Assembly: GCA_964414145.1 (NCBI GenBank)
Contig: CAYPVH010000007.1
Span: 28,640 to 92,639, forward strand
Source: an uncultured Gammaproteobacteria bacterium
Lineage (GTDB): Bacteria > Patescibacteriota > Microgenomatia > UBA1406
Direction: 5' to 3'
Length of the DNA stretch: 64,000 nucleotides
Shown here: one piece after another, positions 9,765 to 18,845 of the stretch
Layout: each line of letters starts with the position of its first letter
Position numbering within the stretch: the stretch's first letter is position 1
Position numbers and translations under genes: made by a program
Notes under the pieces: generated by a model
The model's input: only the letters and a program-made list of their open reading frames with translations
Told to the model about the DNA's origin: nothing
Database searches by the model: none

Positions 9765-11216
9765 TTACTTTAATAAATAAAGATCCATTGAGTCAAAGGA
9801 TATCATTTTTTTAATGGTTCTGTTAGGTTTTAACTTTTCTTCGGAGCTTAAAGCAACACATTGATATTGGCTTATTTCTGAACCCAGATTAGTTTTTGAA
9901 TAGAAAAACTTAACTGGTTTTTGAAAATAGTAAACCATACTTGGGTGTTCACCCCACCAGTTGGTAGTTGTGATTGTAAGACCCATATCTTTTAGTGTTT
10001 TATAAGTTGTTCTGGCGTTTGGCGATACTAAAACTGCTAAGTTATTACATAAGTTTTTTGCAGACATGGAAAGTTGAATATGAGCGTCGTTATTGGAGTA
10101 AAACGTTTTAAAAAACTGATTTTTTATAACCCCATTATAAAGTATAAATGTTATTACTAATATAAACAGTAAAACTTGAATAGTTCGTTTTTTAAATAGA
10201 ACAAGTGGGTAAAAAGCCAAAAAGATAAATTGGGGAATTACCGGGTATAAGTACCATGATATTTTGGTTTTGGTAAGGTTAAGAAATACAAACCAAGGAA
10301 CAAAAGCAAAAGCTAAAAAAACAGTTTTAGCTTTTATTTGTTTTTTAAAAAATTGCCAGATAATTAAAAGCCCGCCAATAATAGATGGAAAGAGCCAGAT
10401 ACCCAGTTGCTCTACTAATAAGTCCAGGTAAAATGTACGTTGCCCAAAGTGCGATTCGATCGATGCTGACACTCTTCTAAAGTGACTTTCAATTATATGA
10501 GCCTGCCAAAACTCTTTACCAAACAGTACGAGCATCAAGATGTACCATAAGCTAAGAAGCATTATTTGGAATAGAATCACTTTTAATTTTTTTATTAGTT
10601 CTTGCCGATTAATTTGTTTTAGAAAATATAGATAAAAATTAAATAGAAATAACACTCCAAGGGGGTAAAAGCCAAGTAACGACTTACTTTGAATACTTAA
10701 AAAAAGTACAAGTGTAGAAATAATTGGCTTTTTGTAAAACAAAAAAAACCCAAGCCAACCGATTAATAAGAACACGTCTAAGCTTACTACTTGAGAACGT
10801 TGTAAAAAAATGGGGGAAAAAGCTGTAGCGGCTGTTGTAAGAGTTGCAACTAGTTTGTTGTTGCTGACCTTAAAATAAAGAAGGTAAATAAAAGATAGGG
10901 CAATAATAGATGTCGTTAAAGTGAACAGCCTTAAACTTATTTCTGGTGGCACTGTGGGTATCTGTAAAACAATGCCGAATATTAAAATAATTAAAGGTGG
11001 CTTGTCTAGCCATACTTTTCCTTGCCAAAGTGGCGTTAAAAAGTGTTTGCTTTTTATCATTTCAAGCCCGTTTTGAACGTACAATGATTCGTCCCAATCA
11101 AAAAATGGTTGAGCTTCTGTAGTTAGTTTAAAAGCGGAAATAGAAAAAAACAGAAATATAAAGGCAAAAAATAAAGAATGTTTTTTAATAGTTTCTAAAA
11201 TCTTCAACTTAAACAT
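9765..11216 (-). CDS. GT39/ArnT-like GT-C membrane glycosyltransferase
   Basis: FFDWDESLYVQNGLEM and WLDKPPLIILIFG motifs. Start taken at ATG 11216 (MFKLKIL), overlapping the upstream stop by 8 nt (ATGTTTAA); the track start is 11267. Confidence 0.8.
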   Translation of the reverse strand: MFKLKILETIKKHSLFFAFIFLFFSISAFKLTTEAQPFFDWDESLYVQNGLEMIKSKHFLTPLWQGKVWLDKPPLIILIFGIVLQIPTVPPEISLRLFTLTTSIIALSFIYLLYFKVSNNKLVATLTTAATAFSPIFLQRSQVVSLDVFLLIGWLGFFLFYKKPIISTLVLFLSIQSKSLLGFYPLGVLFLFNFYLYFLKQINRQELIKKLKVILFQIMLLSLWYILMLVLFGKEFWQAHIIESHFRRVSASIESHFGQRTFYLDLLVEQLGIWLFPSIIGGLLIIWQFFKKQIKAKTVFLAFAFVPWFVFLNLTKTKISWYLYPVIPQFIFLAFYPLVLFKKRTIQVLLFILVITFILYNGVIKNQFFKTFYSNNDAHIQLSMSAKNLCNNLAVLVSPNARTTYKTLKDMGLTITTTNWWGEHPSMVYYFQKPVKFFYSKTNLGSEISQYQCVALSSEEKLKPNRTIKKMISFDSMDLYLLK

Positions 11217-11961
11217 TCTCGGGATACTTTTTGGTAATTTCGTTGTATTTAATTTTGGCAATATCAAAGAGCGTTTCTATAGAATCTTTAATAAAGTTAA
11301 CATTCTTTGTTTCAACATGACGCCAAGTTACCGGCACTTCTTTAACACAATAATATTTACTAGCTAAATAAAGAAATTCCAAATCGAAGCCGGCGCTAAC
11401 TGAAGAACCACTAATTATTTTTTCATTATTAAACACCTTAAGGTGTTTAATAATGGTTAATGCAGCTTCTTTTTCAAATAGTTTAAAACCGCATTGTGTG
11501 TCATTTATTCCTTTTAAACCAATTAAAAAATTTCGTATATATATAAAACCAACTGCCATCAACTGGCGTACTAAGGGGGCGTCTTGTCTTCTTGAGCTTC
11601 TTGAGCCAATAACAAAGTTATTTCCCTCATTAGAAACACTAATAAGTTTATCGGCTTCTTCAATTGGGGTTGCTAAATCAATATCGGAAAACAGTATGTG
11701 AGTTGTTTTTGATTGTTTAATCCCTTCAATAATGGTATAGGCTTTACCGGAGTGTTCTTTTTCTATTAATTTTAGCTTTGGGTATTTACCAATGTAGTTT
11801 TGACGAATGGTTTGACTACTTTCATCAGTTGAGCCGTCGTCAACAACAAGAACTTCTTTAACAAAACCTTTATTCAGTGCATAATTTAACACTTTATCAA
11901 GGACCCCTTTTTGAAGATTTTTTATTTCATTATAAACCGGCAATATAATTGTTAAAGTCAT
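11209..11961 (-). CDS. GT2 polyprenyl-phosphate hexose synthase (ALG5/DPM1-like, soluble)
   Basis: IILPVYNE, VVDDGSTDES, DIDLATPIEE and DTQCGFKLF motifs. Confidence 0.8.
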   Translation of the reverse strand: MTLTIILPVYNEIKNLQKGVLDKVLNYALNKGFVKEVLVVDDGSTDESSQTIRQNYIGKYPKLKLIEKEHSGKAYTIIEGIKQSKTTHILFSDIDLATPIEEADKLISVSNEGNNFVIGSRSSRRQDAPLVRQLMAVGFIYIRNFLIGLKGINDTQCGFKLFEKEAALTIIKHLKVFNNEKIISGSSVSAGFDLEFLYLASKYYCVKEVPVTWRHVETKNVNFIKDSIETLFDIAKIKYNEITKKYPENV

Positions 11962-13433
11962 GTTTTTTTGTGAACAACTTTGTAAACTCTGATACCTTCA
12001 ATTACCCAAGATTTTTCCACTTTTTTATTACTAAAGGCTGCTATTTGCCATTGTCCATTATTTAATATTTCACACTTATTTTCAAAACACAAAACAAAAA
12101 GTTCATCAGGGTTATCTATTGTATCCTCGGGTAAAGGGGTTTTACCCATAATTTCTATAAAATATCTGTATGGAGCATCGCTTTCGGTGTATGGTAAAGC
12201 TACCATTTGAAAAGAATCTTTCTTAACTTCACTAAATATACTGCTGGCTATTTTTCTGGCTCTAGGTACGGGGTTACTTCCCTTAACTAATATGTACTTT
12301 AAAGATCCTAAATTTGTATAACTTAAGAAGAGTAGCAGTAATAGTATAAAGTATTTACAGATTTTACAACTTTTCCATCTCGTTGCCAGTATGAATGCGA
12401 TAGAAATGAAAAAACTTAGGTAGATGGGTGTAAAGTAATGAATATGTCTATTGCTGGGCAAAATCGAAAAAACAAGTATGTAAATAATGCTACAAGAAGC
12501 AAAAATTGCCGCTAATAAACTTTTGCTTCGATAAGCCAACATTATGGCGGCAAAAGTTATTAAGACAATTAGTAATAAAGCTATGCTTCCGCTCACATTA
12601 ACGTTAAGAGAAAGTTTAACAAAAGCTGTTGCAGTTTCAAAAAGTCGGTTAAAGTAGGGTATTACTGGTTCATTAGTAGAGTTAAAAATTTTAAGAAAAC
12701 TTTTACTGTTAATAAAATCGTGTCTTAGGTCAAAAATAATCAACGGAGAATAAAATACAAAGAAAGAAATAACTGAAATTATGTTTTTTTTAAAAAGAGT
12801 AAGTGGCGACTTAGTTTTAAAGTATTCAGCTATAGTGAATAAAGCAAAAACTACAACTAATGCTGAAACCAAGTAATGAAGTTGCATTGATAAGGAAAAA
12901 AACATCCCGAAAAGAAACGGAAAAAAATATCCTTTACTTTTTAATGATTTATAGAAGAAATAGAGAGTGAAGAATGAAAAATATGGTAATAAGTTTGGAT
13001 TCCAAGAGTATCTCGATAGATCAGTTAAAGCAGCCGATATTGTTAAAAGAAAGGTAGATATTGTGGCAACAGCCTTATTAGTTTCCACTCTTAGAATAAA
13101 ATAAATCAAAATTATAGAAACAACAGAAATAATAGCAACACCATAACCCAAACCAATAGGATTAAAATTGAATAGGAAAAGGAAAGGTGACATTAGATAA
13201 TAATAGAAAGGCCCTAGGAAAACGCCCCCAACAGACATTGATGGTCCAATCAATGGCAGGCGTTCTAACTTAACGATTCTTTTTATTATTATAGCGTCTC
13301 TACCCTGGTCACCAAGGAAAGTTATATGCTCGCTTAACGCATAGAAACGAAGAAAAATGATTACAAATAAAAATAGAACCAATGGTTTGTTATCTAAGAC
13401 TAACTTTTTTACTTTTGCTAAAATGTTTCTCAT
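11958..13433 (-). CDS. GT-C fold membrane glycosyltransferase (ArnT/PMT-like, DQGRD subtype)
   Basis: FLGDQGRDAIIIKRI first-loop motif; polytopic; soluble C-terminal domain. The 4-nt overlap (11958-11961) suggests coupling to the downstream GT2. Confidence 0.7.
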   Translation of the reverse strand: MRNILAKVKKLVLDNKPLVLFLFVIIFLRFYALSEHITFLGDQGRDAIIIKRIVKLERLPLIGPSMSVGGVFLGPFYYYLMSPFLFLFNFNPIGLGYGVAIISVVSIILIYFILRVETNKAVATISTFLLTISAALTDLSRYSWNPNLLPYFSFFTLYFFYKSLKSKGYFFPFLFGMFFSLSMQLHYLVSALVVVFALFTIAEYFKTKSPLTLFKKNIISVISFFVFYSPLIIFDLRHDFINSKSFLKIFNSTNEPVIPYFNRLFETATAFVKLSLNVNVSGSIALLLIVLITFAAIMLAYRSKSLLAAIFASCSIIYILVFSILPSNRHIHYFTPIYLSFFISIAFILATRWKSCKICKYFILLLLLFLSYTNLGSLKYILVKGSNPVPRARKIASSIFSEVKKDSFQMVALPYTESDAPYRYFIEIMGKTPLPEDTIDNPDELFVLCFENKCEILNNGQWQIAAFSNKKVEKSWVIEGIRVYKVVHKKT

Positions 13434-14568
13434 GTGGAATAGGTTAAAACCATATTTTATTATAACTTCTTTAATTTTGCTAAGTACATTTATTTTATGG
13501 CTTCCCTTCCTGTCAAAGTGGGATAGTATTGGTCATCTTGTGTTTAACAATCCCCTGAGTATGTTTGATATTTACAAGCATTGGGACGGAGCGCTTTACG
13601 TTATAGTTGCTAAAACTTTTTATAATCCAAATAACTCGGTTTTGGCAAGTGCGCCACTTGGGTTACCGGTTAACTATTTTGTTGCCCACTTCCCGCTTTA
13701 CCCGCTGTTGATAAAAATAGGTGCATTTTTCGTTGGTTATTTAAAAAGTATGTTAGCCTGGCCTGTGCTGTTTGCCGTTTTATATGGCTCCTTCTTTTAC
13801 TACTTTGTTAAAGAGTTAAAAATTACCAAAAAACCTTTACTTCTTGTTTTGGTGGCACTTTTTTTTACCCCTCGTTTCTTTGTGATCCGGTCGGTACCGG
13901 CTCCGGAAACCATTTTTATGTTTTTAACTTTGGCCTCCGTATTCTTTTTCATTAAAAAGAAATATTTACTAGCTGGTTTAGTCGGCGCTTTTGCCGTTTT
14001 TACCAGAAGCCCGGGAATGCTTCTATTTACAGGTTATGGCTTATATTTTTTAACGAAAGTTTTAAAAACAAAAAAAATAAAACTAGAGTGGTTTGGTATC
14101 TTATTAATACCAATAGCACTATTGTTGGTATTTTTACTCTTTTACCTGCAAACCGGTAACTTTTTTGCTTATTTTTATTCCGGCGATAATATACATCTGC
14201 TATTTCCTCCTTTTCAAGTATTCAATCATCAGGCAACGTGGGTTGGGACGGGTTGGCTTGAAGACATTATGTTTATTTATATGTTCTACTTTTTAGCACT
14301 TCTAAATTTGTGGCAAAAAAAAGAATTAAAACCGGTCTTTTATTTCGTGCTTATTTATTTTCTTGCCATAATTTCTGTGGAGCACAAAGATATTGCTCGC
14401 TATAGTTTACCCATACTCCCCTTTGCTTTGATGGCTTTTGAAAGATTTTTTACGTCTCGAAAACTACTAATAACAGTATTGGTGGTTTTACCGGCGCTTT
14501 ATTTTTATGCCTGGAATTTTATGCTTCACAATGTTGCTCCAATTACAGAGTGGGGTTTGTTTATGTAA
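13432..14568 (+). CDS. GT-C-like membrane glycosyltransferase (PIG-V/GT76-like)
   Basis: YKHWDGALYVIVAKTFY motif; all-TM. Start taken at ATG 13432 (TAAAAT 13419-13424, then 7 nt); the track start is 13357. Confidence 0.5.
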   Translation: MWNRLKPYFIITSLILLSTFILWLPFLSKWDSIGHLVFNNPLSMFDIYKHWDGALYVIVAKTFYNPNNSVLASAPLGLPVNYFVAHFPLYPLLIKIGAFFVGYLKSMLAWPVLFAVLYGSFFYYFVKELKITKKPLLLVLVALFFTPRFFVIRSVPAPETIFMFLTLASVFFFIKKKYLLAGLVGAFAVFTRSPGMLLFTGYGLYFLTKVLKTKKIKLEWFGILLIPIALLLVFLLFYLQTGNFFAYFYSGDNIHLLFPPFQVFNHQATWVGTGWLEDIMFIYMFYFLALLNLWQKKELKPVFYFVLIYFLAIISVEHKDIARYSLPILPFALMAFERFFTSRKLLITVLVVLPALYFYAWNFMLHNVAPITEWGLFM

Positions 14569-14583
14569 CTCGTTGTTTTTAAT

Positions 14584-15717
14584 CTATTTTTTCCAAACCA
14601 CCTTATTGTACATTATGTATGAGTAGGGAATAACTAAGAAGGCAATCAAGAAAACTTTATAAACAATCCAAGAAGGTAGGCTAATGTTTCTAATTGAAAA
14701 TGAAGTATCGCCAAAAATGCTTAATGCTACAAACATACCTACTCCTTGAATTAATAGTGCGCCTGAGGAAACAAGGTTGAATAATATAAATTTTTTAATA
14801 TAAACTTGGGTGTTGCCTTTAATTTGTTTATGTTTAAAAGCCCAAAAATTGTTTAAAAAGAAATTATTTATAATAGCCAGCTCGGCGCTAACAGTATTTG
14901 CCAGTGGTTTGGAAACATTAATATATGTGATCAATAGAAAAGCCATTAGAAAGTCAATAAAAAATCCGGAAAAACCAACAATCAAGTATTTTACAAAAGC
15001 TGAATTACCAATAATGTATGAAAATATATTGAGAATAAAATCAATGAAATTAATTTTTGAAACCCCCTTTTTCCTTTCTTTAAATTTGAGGGGCACCTGT
15101 TCAATTTTGGCATTCATTTTAATTGCCTTGTCAAGAAGAGCAATCTGGAAGACATAGCCGCTGTACTTATTAATTTCAGGCAAAATATTCTTAATAGTTT
15201 TTGCTTTAATTGCGCGAAACCCTGAAGTCCAGTCATTAATTTTAAAGTTCATAAAACCAAGTTGAACAATAATGTTTCCGAATCCGGAAAATATTTTTCT
15301 ATGAATTCCCCAGTCTTTTGGTATGGCGCCACCTTTAATGTATCGCGCCCCAATAACAAAATCTGCTCCCTTGTCTATTCTGGCTAGCATTTTTGGAATT
15401 AAACTTGGGGGGTGAGATAAATCCGCATCCATTTCAAAAACAATATCTGCTTTTAGATTGGTAATAGCATAGCTAAAACCCCTTGTATAAGCTTTGCCTA
15501 AGCCTTCTTTTTTTCCTGTAATTAGATGGATATTTTTGTTTTGTCTTTGTAGTTTTTTTACAATAAATGCAGTTTGATCGAGTGAGTTGTCGTCAACTAC
15601 CAGTATATTAATTAGCCAATTGCTTAATTTTTCTTGTTGTTTAAATATCTCTTGAATAACTTCCTTTATATTTCCGGCCTCGTTATAGGTTGGGAGCACA
15701 ATTGTTGCCGTTTTCAT
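14584..15717 (-). CDS. Polyprenyl-phosphate sugar synthase (DPM1-like GT2) fused to a C-terminal GtrA-like 4-TM domain
   Basis: TIVLPTYNEAGNI, VVDDNSLDQT and DADLSHPP in the catalytic half; C-terminal FVKYLIVGFSGFFIDF...FWAFKH is a GtrA-like membrane domain. Confidence 0.85.
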   Translation of the reverse strand: MKTATIVLPTYNEAGNIKEVIQEIFKQQEKLSNWLINILVVDDNSLDQTAFIVKKLQRQNKNIHLITGKKEGLGKAYTRGFSYAITNLKADIVFEMDADLSHPPSLIPKMLARIDKGADFVIGARYIKGGAIPKDWGIHRKIFSGFGNIIVQLGFMNFKINDWTSGFRAIKAKTIKNILPEINKYSGYVFQIALLDKAIKMNAKIEQVPLKFKERKKGVSKINFIDFILNIFSYIIGNSAFVKYLIVGFSGFFIDFLMAFLLITYINVSKPLANTVSAELAIINNFFLNNFWAFKHKQIKGNTQVYIKKFILFNLVSSGALLIQGVGMFVALSIFGDTSFSIRNISLPSWIVYKVFLIAFLVIPYSYIMYNKVVWKK

Positions 15718-16667
15718 TTTGATAGTAAATTTTTAAAGTAAAATATTGTAGCTTTTAATCCTTCCTCAAGGTTTACTTTTGGTTGCCAATCTAATAGTCT
15801 TTGAGCTTTCTCAATATTCGGCTTTCTTTTTTGTGGATCGTCTTTTGGTAAAGGTTTGTAGCAGATGGTTGCTTTTGATGTGGTTAAACTAAGAATAATT
15901 GTGGCAATTTCTTTTATTGAATATTCTTCCGGGTTGCCCAGATTAATTACTTCCCCTTTTACATTTTTTGTCCCAAGTTTATATAAACCATTAACCAGGT
16001 CAGTAACATAACAAAAAGAACGTGTTTGGCTACCGGTTCCGTTAATCGAAAGCGGCTGATTCATAAGAGCTTGAACAATAAAATTAGAAATTACTCTGCC
16101 GTCATTTTTTTCCATATTTGGGCCATAGGTATTAAAAATTCTGGCTACTCGAATATTAAGATTGTATTTTTTCAAGTAGGTAAAACAAAGTGCTTCACCA
16201 AATCTTTTTGCCTCGTCGTAACATGACCTGGGCCCGAATGAGTTTACATTTCCCCAGTAAGTTTCGATTTGTGGATGGATTAATGGATCACCATAAATTT
16301 CAGAAGTAGAAGCAAACACAAATCCTGCTTTATCCCTCTTAACGATATGTTCTAAAACATTTTCTACTCCTACAGAATTTGCTTTAAGTGTTTCAAGAGG
16401 GTATTTTTCGTACTGAACAGGTGAGGCGGGTGAGGCTAGGTGATAAACAAGGTCGAATTTTATGTTTTGTAACTGCTTTACAAAGTTGGTATTGCTTACA
16501 TCTGCTTTTATAAAGTTAAACTTGGGGTTTTTATTGAATTTACTAATATTGGCAATCGAGCTTGTTAGCAAATTGTCGATTACTACAACATTTTGGTCTC
16601 CAGATAGAAACTTTTCTGTTAAATGAGATCCGATAAATCCAGCACCGCCTGTTATTAAAATATTCAT
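15714..16667 (-). CDS. uxs: UDP-glucuronate decarboxylase (UDP-xylose synthase)
   Basis: GGAGFIGSH, STSEIYGDPLIHPQIETYWGNVN, CYDEAKRFGEAL and RIFNTYGPNM..DGRVISNF are a near-canonical UXS signature. Confidence 0.9.
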   Translation of the reverse strand: MNILITGGAGFIGSHLTEKFLSGDQNVVVIDNLLTSSIANISKFNKNPKFNFIKADVSNTNFVKQLQNIKFDLVYHLASPASPVQYEKYPLETLKANSVGVENVLEHIVKRDKAGFVFASTSEIYGDPLIHPQIETYWGNVNSFGPRSCYDEAKRFGEALCFTYLKKYNLNIRVARIFNTYGPNMEKNDGRVISNFIVQALMNQPLSINGTGSQTRSFCYVTDLVNGLYKLGTKNVKGEVINLGNPEEYSIKEIATIILSLTTSKATICYKPLPKDDPQKRKPNIEKAQRLLDWQPKVNLEEGLKATIFYFKNLLSK

Positions 16668-16672
16668 TTATG

Positions 16673-17968
16673 TTATGTATTTTTTCGACCTACAGAATAA
16701 TAGTGAAAGCCGATTTGTTTCATTTTTTTAACGTCGTACATGTTTCTGCCGTCAAATATAAAGGGGCTTCTGAGTATTTTTTTTACCTTTAATAAGTCTG
16801 CTTGTTTAAATTCATTCCATTCCGTTAGAATAACTAGGGCATCATTGTTTTTAACGGTACTATAAGGATCTGTGCCATACTTAATTTTATTCTTAAAAAT
16901 AGCTTTAATATTGTTCATGGCTTCTTGGTCATAGACGGTAATATTAAAGCCATTTACAAGTAGTTCCTTAATAACATAAATTGACGGAGCTTCTCGAATA
17001 TCATCTGTATTTGGTTTAAAACTTAAACCCCAAATTGCCAGTCTTTTTCCGGGTGCTTCTTTTATTATTGTGTCAACTAAATTTTGTCGGGACTGGGTAT
17101 TGATTGCTTCTACCGCTTTTAAGAATTGACTGTTGACTCCATAGTTTTCGCCTATTTTTATTAAAGCTTTAATGTCTTTGGGTAAACAAGAACCACCATA
17201 ACCTACTCCCGGGTATAGAAAGACTCTACCAATTCGTTTGTCCAGTCCAACGGCATTTAATACTACTTCAACGTCTGCTCCCGTTTTTTGGCAATAAAAA
17301 GAAATCAAGTTGGCAAAAGAAATTTTTGTTGCCAACATGGCGTTTGAAGTATATTTGATTAATTCCGCCGAAGTCAGATCGGTAATAACACGTTCACCAC
17401 TTAAGGGACTGTGAAGAGTTTTTAGTACCGCTATTGCTTCTTTTGAATTAGATCCAATTACTACCCTATCTGGACTGTAAGTGTCCAAAAGAGCTGTTCC
17501 CTCGCGAAGAAATTCGGGGCATGAGGCAACTTCCACAGTAGATTGTTTTGGTTTTACTTGATTAATAATATTTTTAACTTTCTGATTTGTGCCTACCGGA
17601 ACCGTACTTTTACACGAAACCACCGTGAATCCGCTTTTTAGGTTTTTGCCAATCGATTCTGCAACCTTGAGAACATTGGTTAAGTCTGCTTCTCCGTTGT
17701 GTTTGGGTGGTGTACCAACGGCAATAAAAACAATGTCTGATTTTGAAACCGATTCCTTGTAATCGAGTGTAAAAATAATCCTCCCGGCATTTAGGTTTTT
17801 GTGAAGTAGCTCTTTCAATCCGGGCTCATATATTAATGGATCGCCCTTTCGGAGTTTGTTAATTTTTTCTTCATTTCTGCCAACCAAATAAACCGTATTT
17901 CCAAAATCGGCAAAAACACAAGCAGTGACCAAACCAACGTAGCCGTGTCCAACAAAGGTAATAATCAT
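16673..17968 (-). CDS. ugd: UDP-glucose 6-dehydrogenase
   Basis: N-terminal GHGYVGLV Rossmann motif, GGSCLPKD catalytic Cys motif and a length of 431 aa. Confidence 0.9.
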   Translation of the reverse strand: MIITFVGHGYVGLVTACVFADFGNTVYLVGRNEEKINKLRKGDPLIYEPGLKELLHKNLNAGRIIFTLDYKESVSKSDIVFIAVGTPPKHNGEADLTNVLKVAESIGKNLKSGFTVVSCKSTVPVGTNQKVKNIINQVKPKQSTVEVASCPEFLREGTALLDTYSPDRVVIGSNSKEAIAVLKTLHSPLSGERVITDLTSAELIKYTSNAMLATKISFANLISFYCQKTGADVEVVLNAVGLDKRIGRVFLYPGVGYGGSCLPKDIKALIKIGENYGVNSQFLKAVEAINTQSRQNLVDTIIKEAPGKRLAIWGLSFKPNTDDIREAPSIYVIKELLVNGFNITVYDQEAMNNIKAIFKNKIKYGTDPYSTVKNNDALVILTEWNEFKQADLLKVKKILRSPFIFDGRNMYDVKKMKQIGFHYYSVGRKNT

Positions 17969-17996
17969 AGATTTAAATGATATACTAAACTAATCA

Positions 17997-18839
17997 CTAA
18001 TTCAATTTAATGCGCTTTGATATTTCCAGTAACCCTTCTTTAAATGTTTTCATTTTATAAAAATTGTTTTTACTACTTTTAATTTCCATATACTGAGGCC
18101 TTTTAGCTTTATTTCTGAAGTAATTAGCATAAGTTGTTGGAATAATTTTATTCCGGCTAAAGCCAAAAACATCGGCGATTATTAAGCCGACTTCAAAGGG
18201 TGAATGACTAGTTGAACCAACAATATGGTAAATTTCATTTGAGTAGTTTTTGATTAAGAAGCTTAAAGCGTTGGCAATATCATCAATAAAAGTTGGAGTC
18301 ATGGTTGAGTCTTCTACCATTTCAATCGTTTTTTGGTCTTTTAATAAACTTAGAATTACCCGAACAAAATCTTTCTTTTTTTCAAATTCAGATCGGTAGG
18401 GGTAAGAAATTCGAACAATCATGCCTTCTTTGCCAACTATTTTTTCGGCGTCAAATTTACTTTTTGCATAGGTTGAAATTGGATTAGGTTTAGAATTTTC
18501 ATAATAAGGTGGGTTGGTACCATCAAAAACGAAATCGGTAGAAATGAAAATAAACTTAATATTTTTGGATTTTGCCACATTAAAAAGGTTTTTTGTTCCC
18601 AGAACATTAACTTGATGAGTAATACTGGCATTAAATTCCGCCTGATCAACGGCTGTATAAGAGGCAAAATGCAGTAATATATCTGGCTTTATGTTTGAGA
18701 AATACCTGGAAACTGAATCTACTTGAGTAATATCGCAATCCTTATGTAAAATTGGAAAAATTTGGAATGTATTATTTAATAATGATACTACTCTTGATCC
18801 GACCAATCCATTTGCTCCGGTCACTGCAACTTTAACCAT
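17997..18839 (-). CDS. rfbD: dTDP-4-dehydrorhamnose reductase-like (RmlD family)
   Basis: VTGANGLVGSR, STDFVFDG and YAKSK (YxxxK) motifs; 280 aa. Confidence 0.8.
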   Translation of the reverse strand: MVKVAVTGANGLVGSRVVSLLNNTFQIFPILHKDCDITQVDSVSRYFSNIKPDILLHFASYTAVDQAEFNASITHQVNVLGTKNLFNVAKSKNIKFIFISTDFVFDGTNPPYYENSKPNPISTYAKSKFDAEKIVGKEGMIVRISYPYRSEFEKKKDFVRVILSLLKDQKTIEMVEDSTMTPTFIDDIANALSFLIKNYSNEIYHIVGSTSHSPFEVGLIIADVFGFSRNKIIPTTYANYFRNKAKRPQYMEIKSSKNNFYKMKTFKEGLLEISKRIKLN

Positions 18840-18845
18840 GATAAT

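Noticed and set aside
14810-15157. Long antisense ORFs inside real genes. Examples: 14810..15157, 22843..23178, 46180..46503, 1946..2263, 11453..11701, 51851..52138 and 62659..62913.
   Set aside because: Each is fully nested opposite or out of frame to a gene with strong family motifs, and none has a recognisable motif. These are the shadow frames expected in AT-rich DNA.
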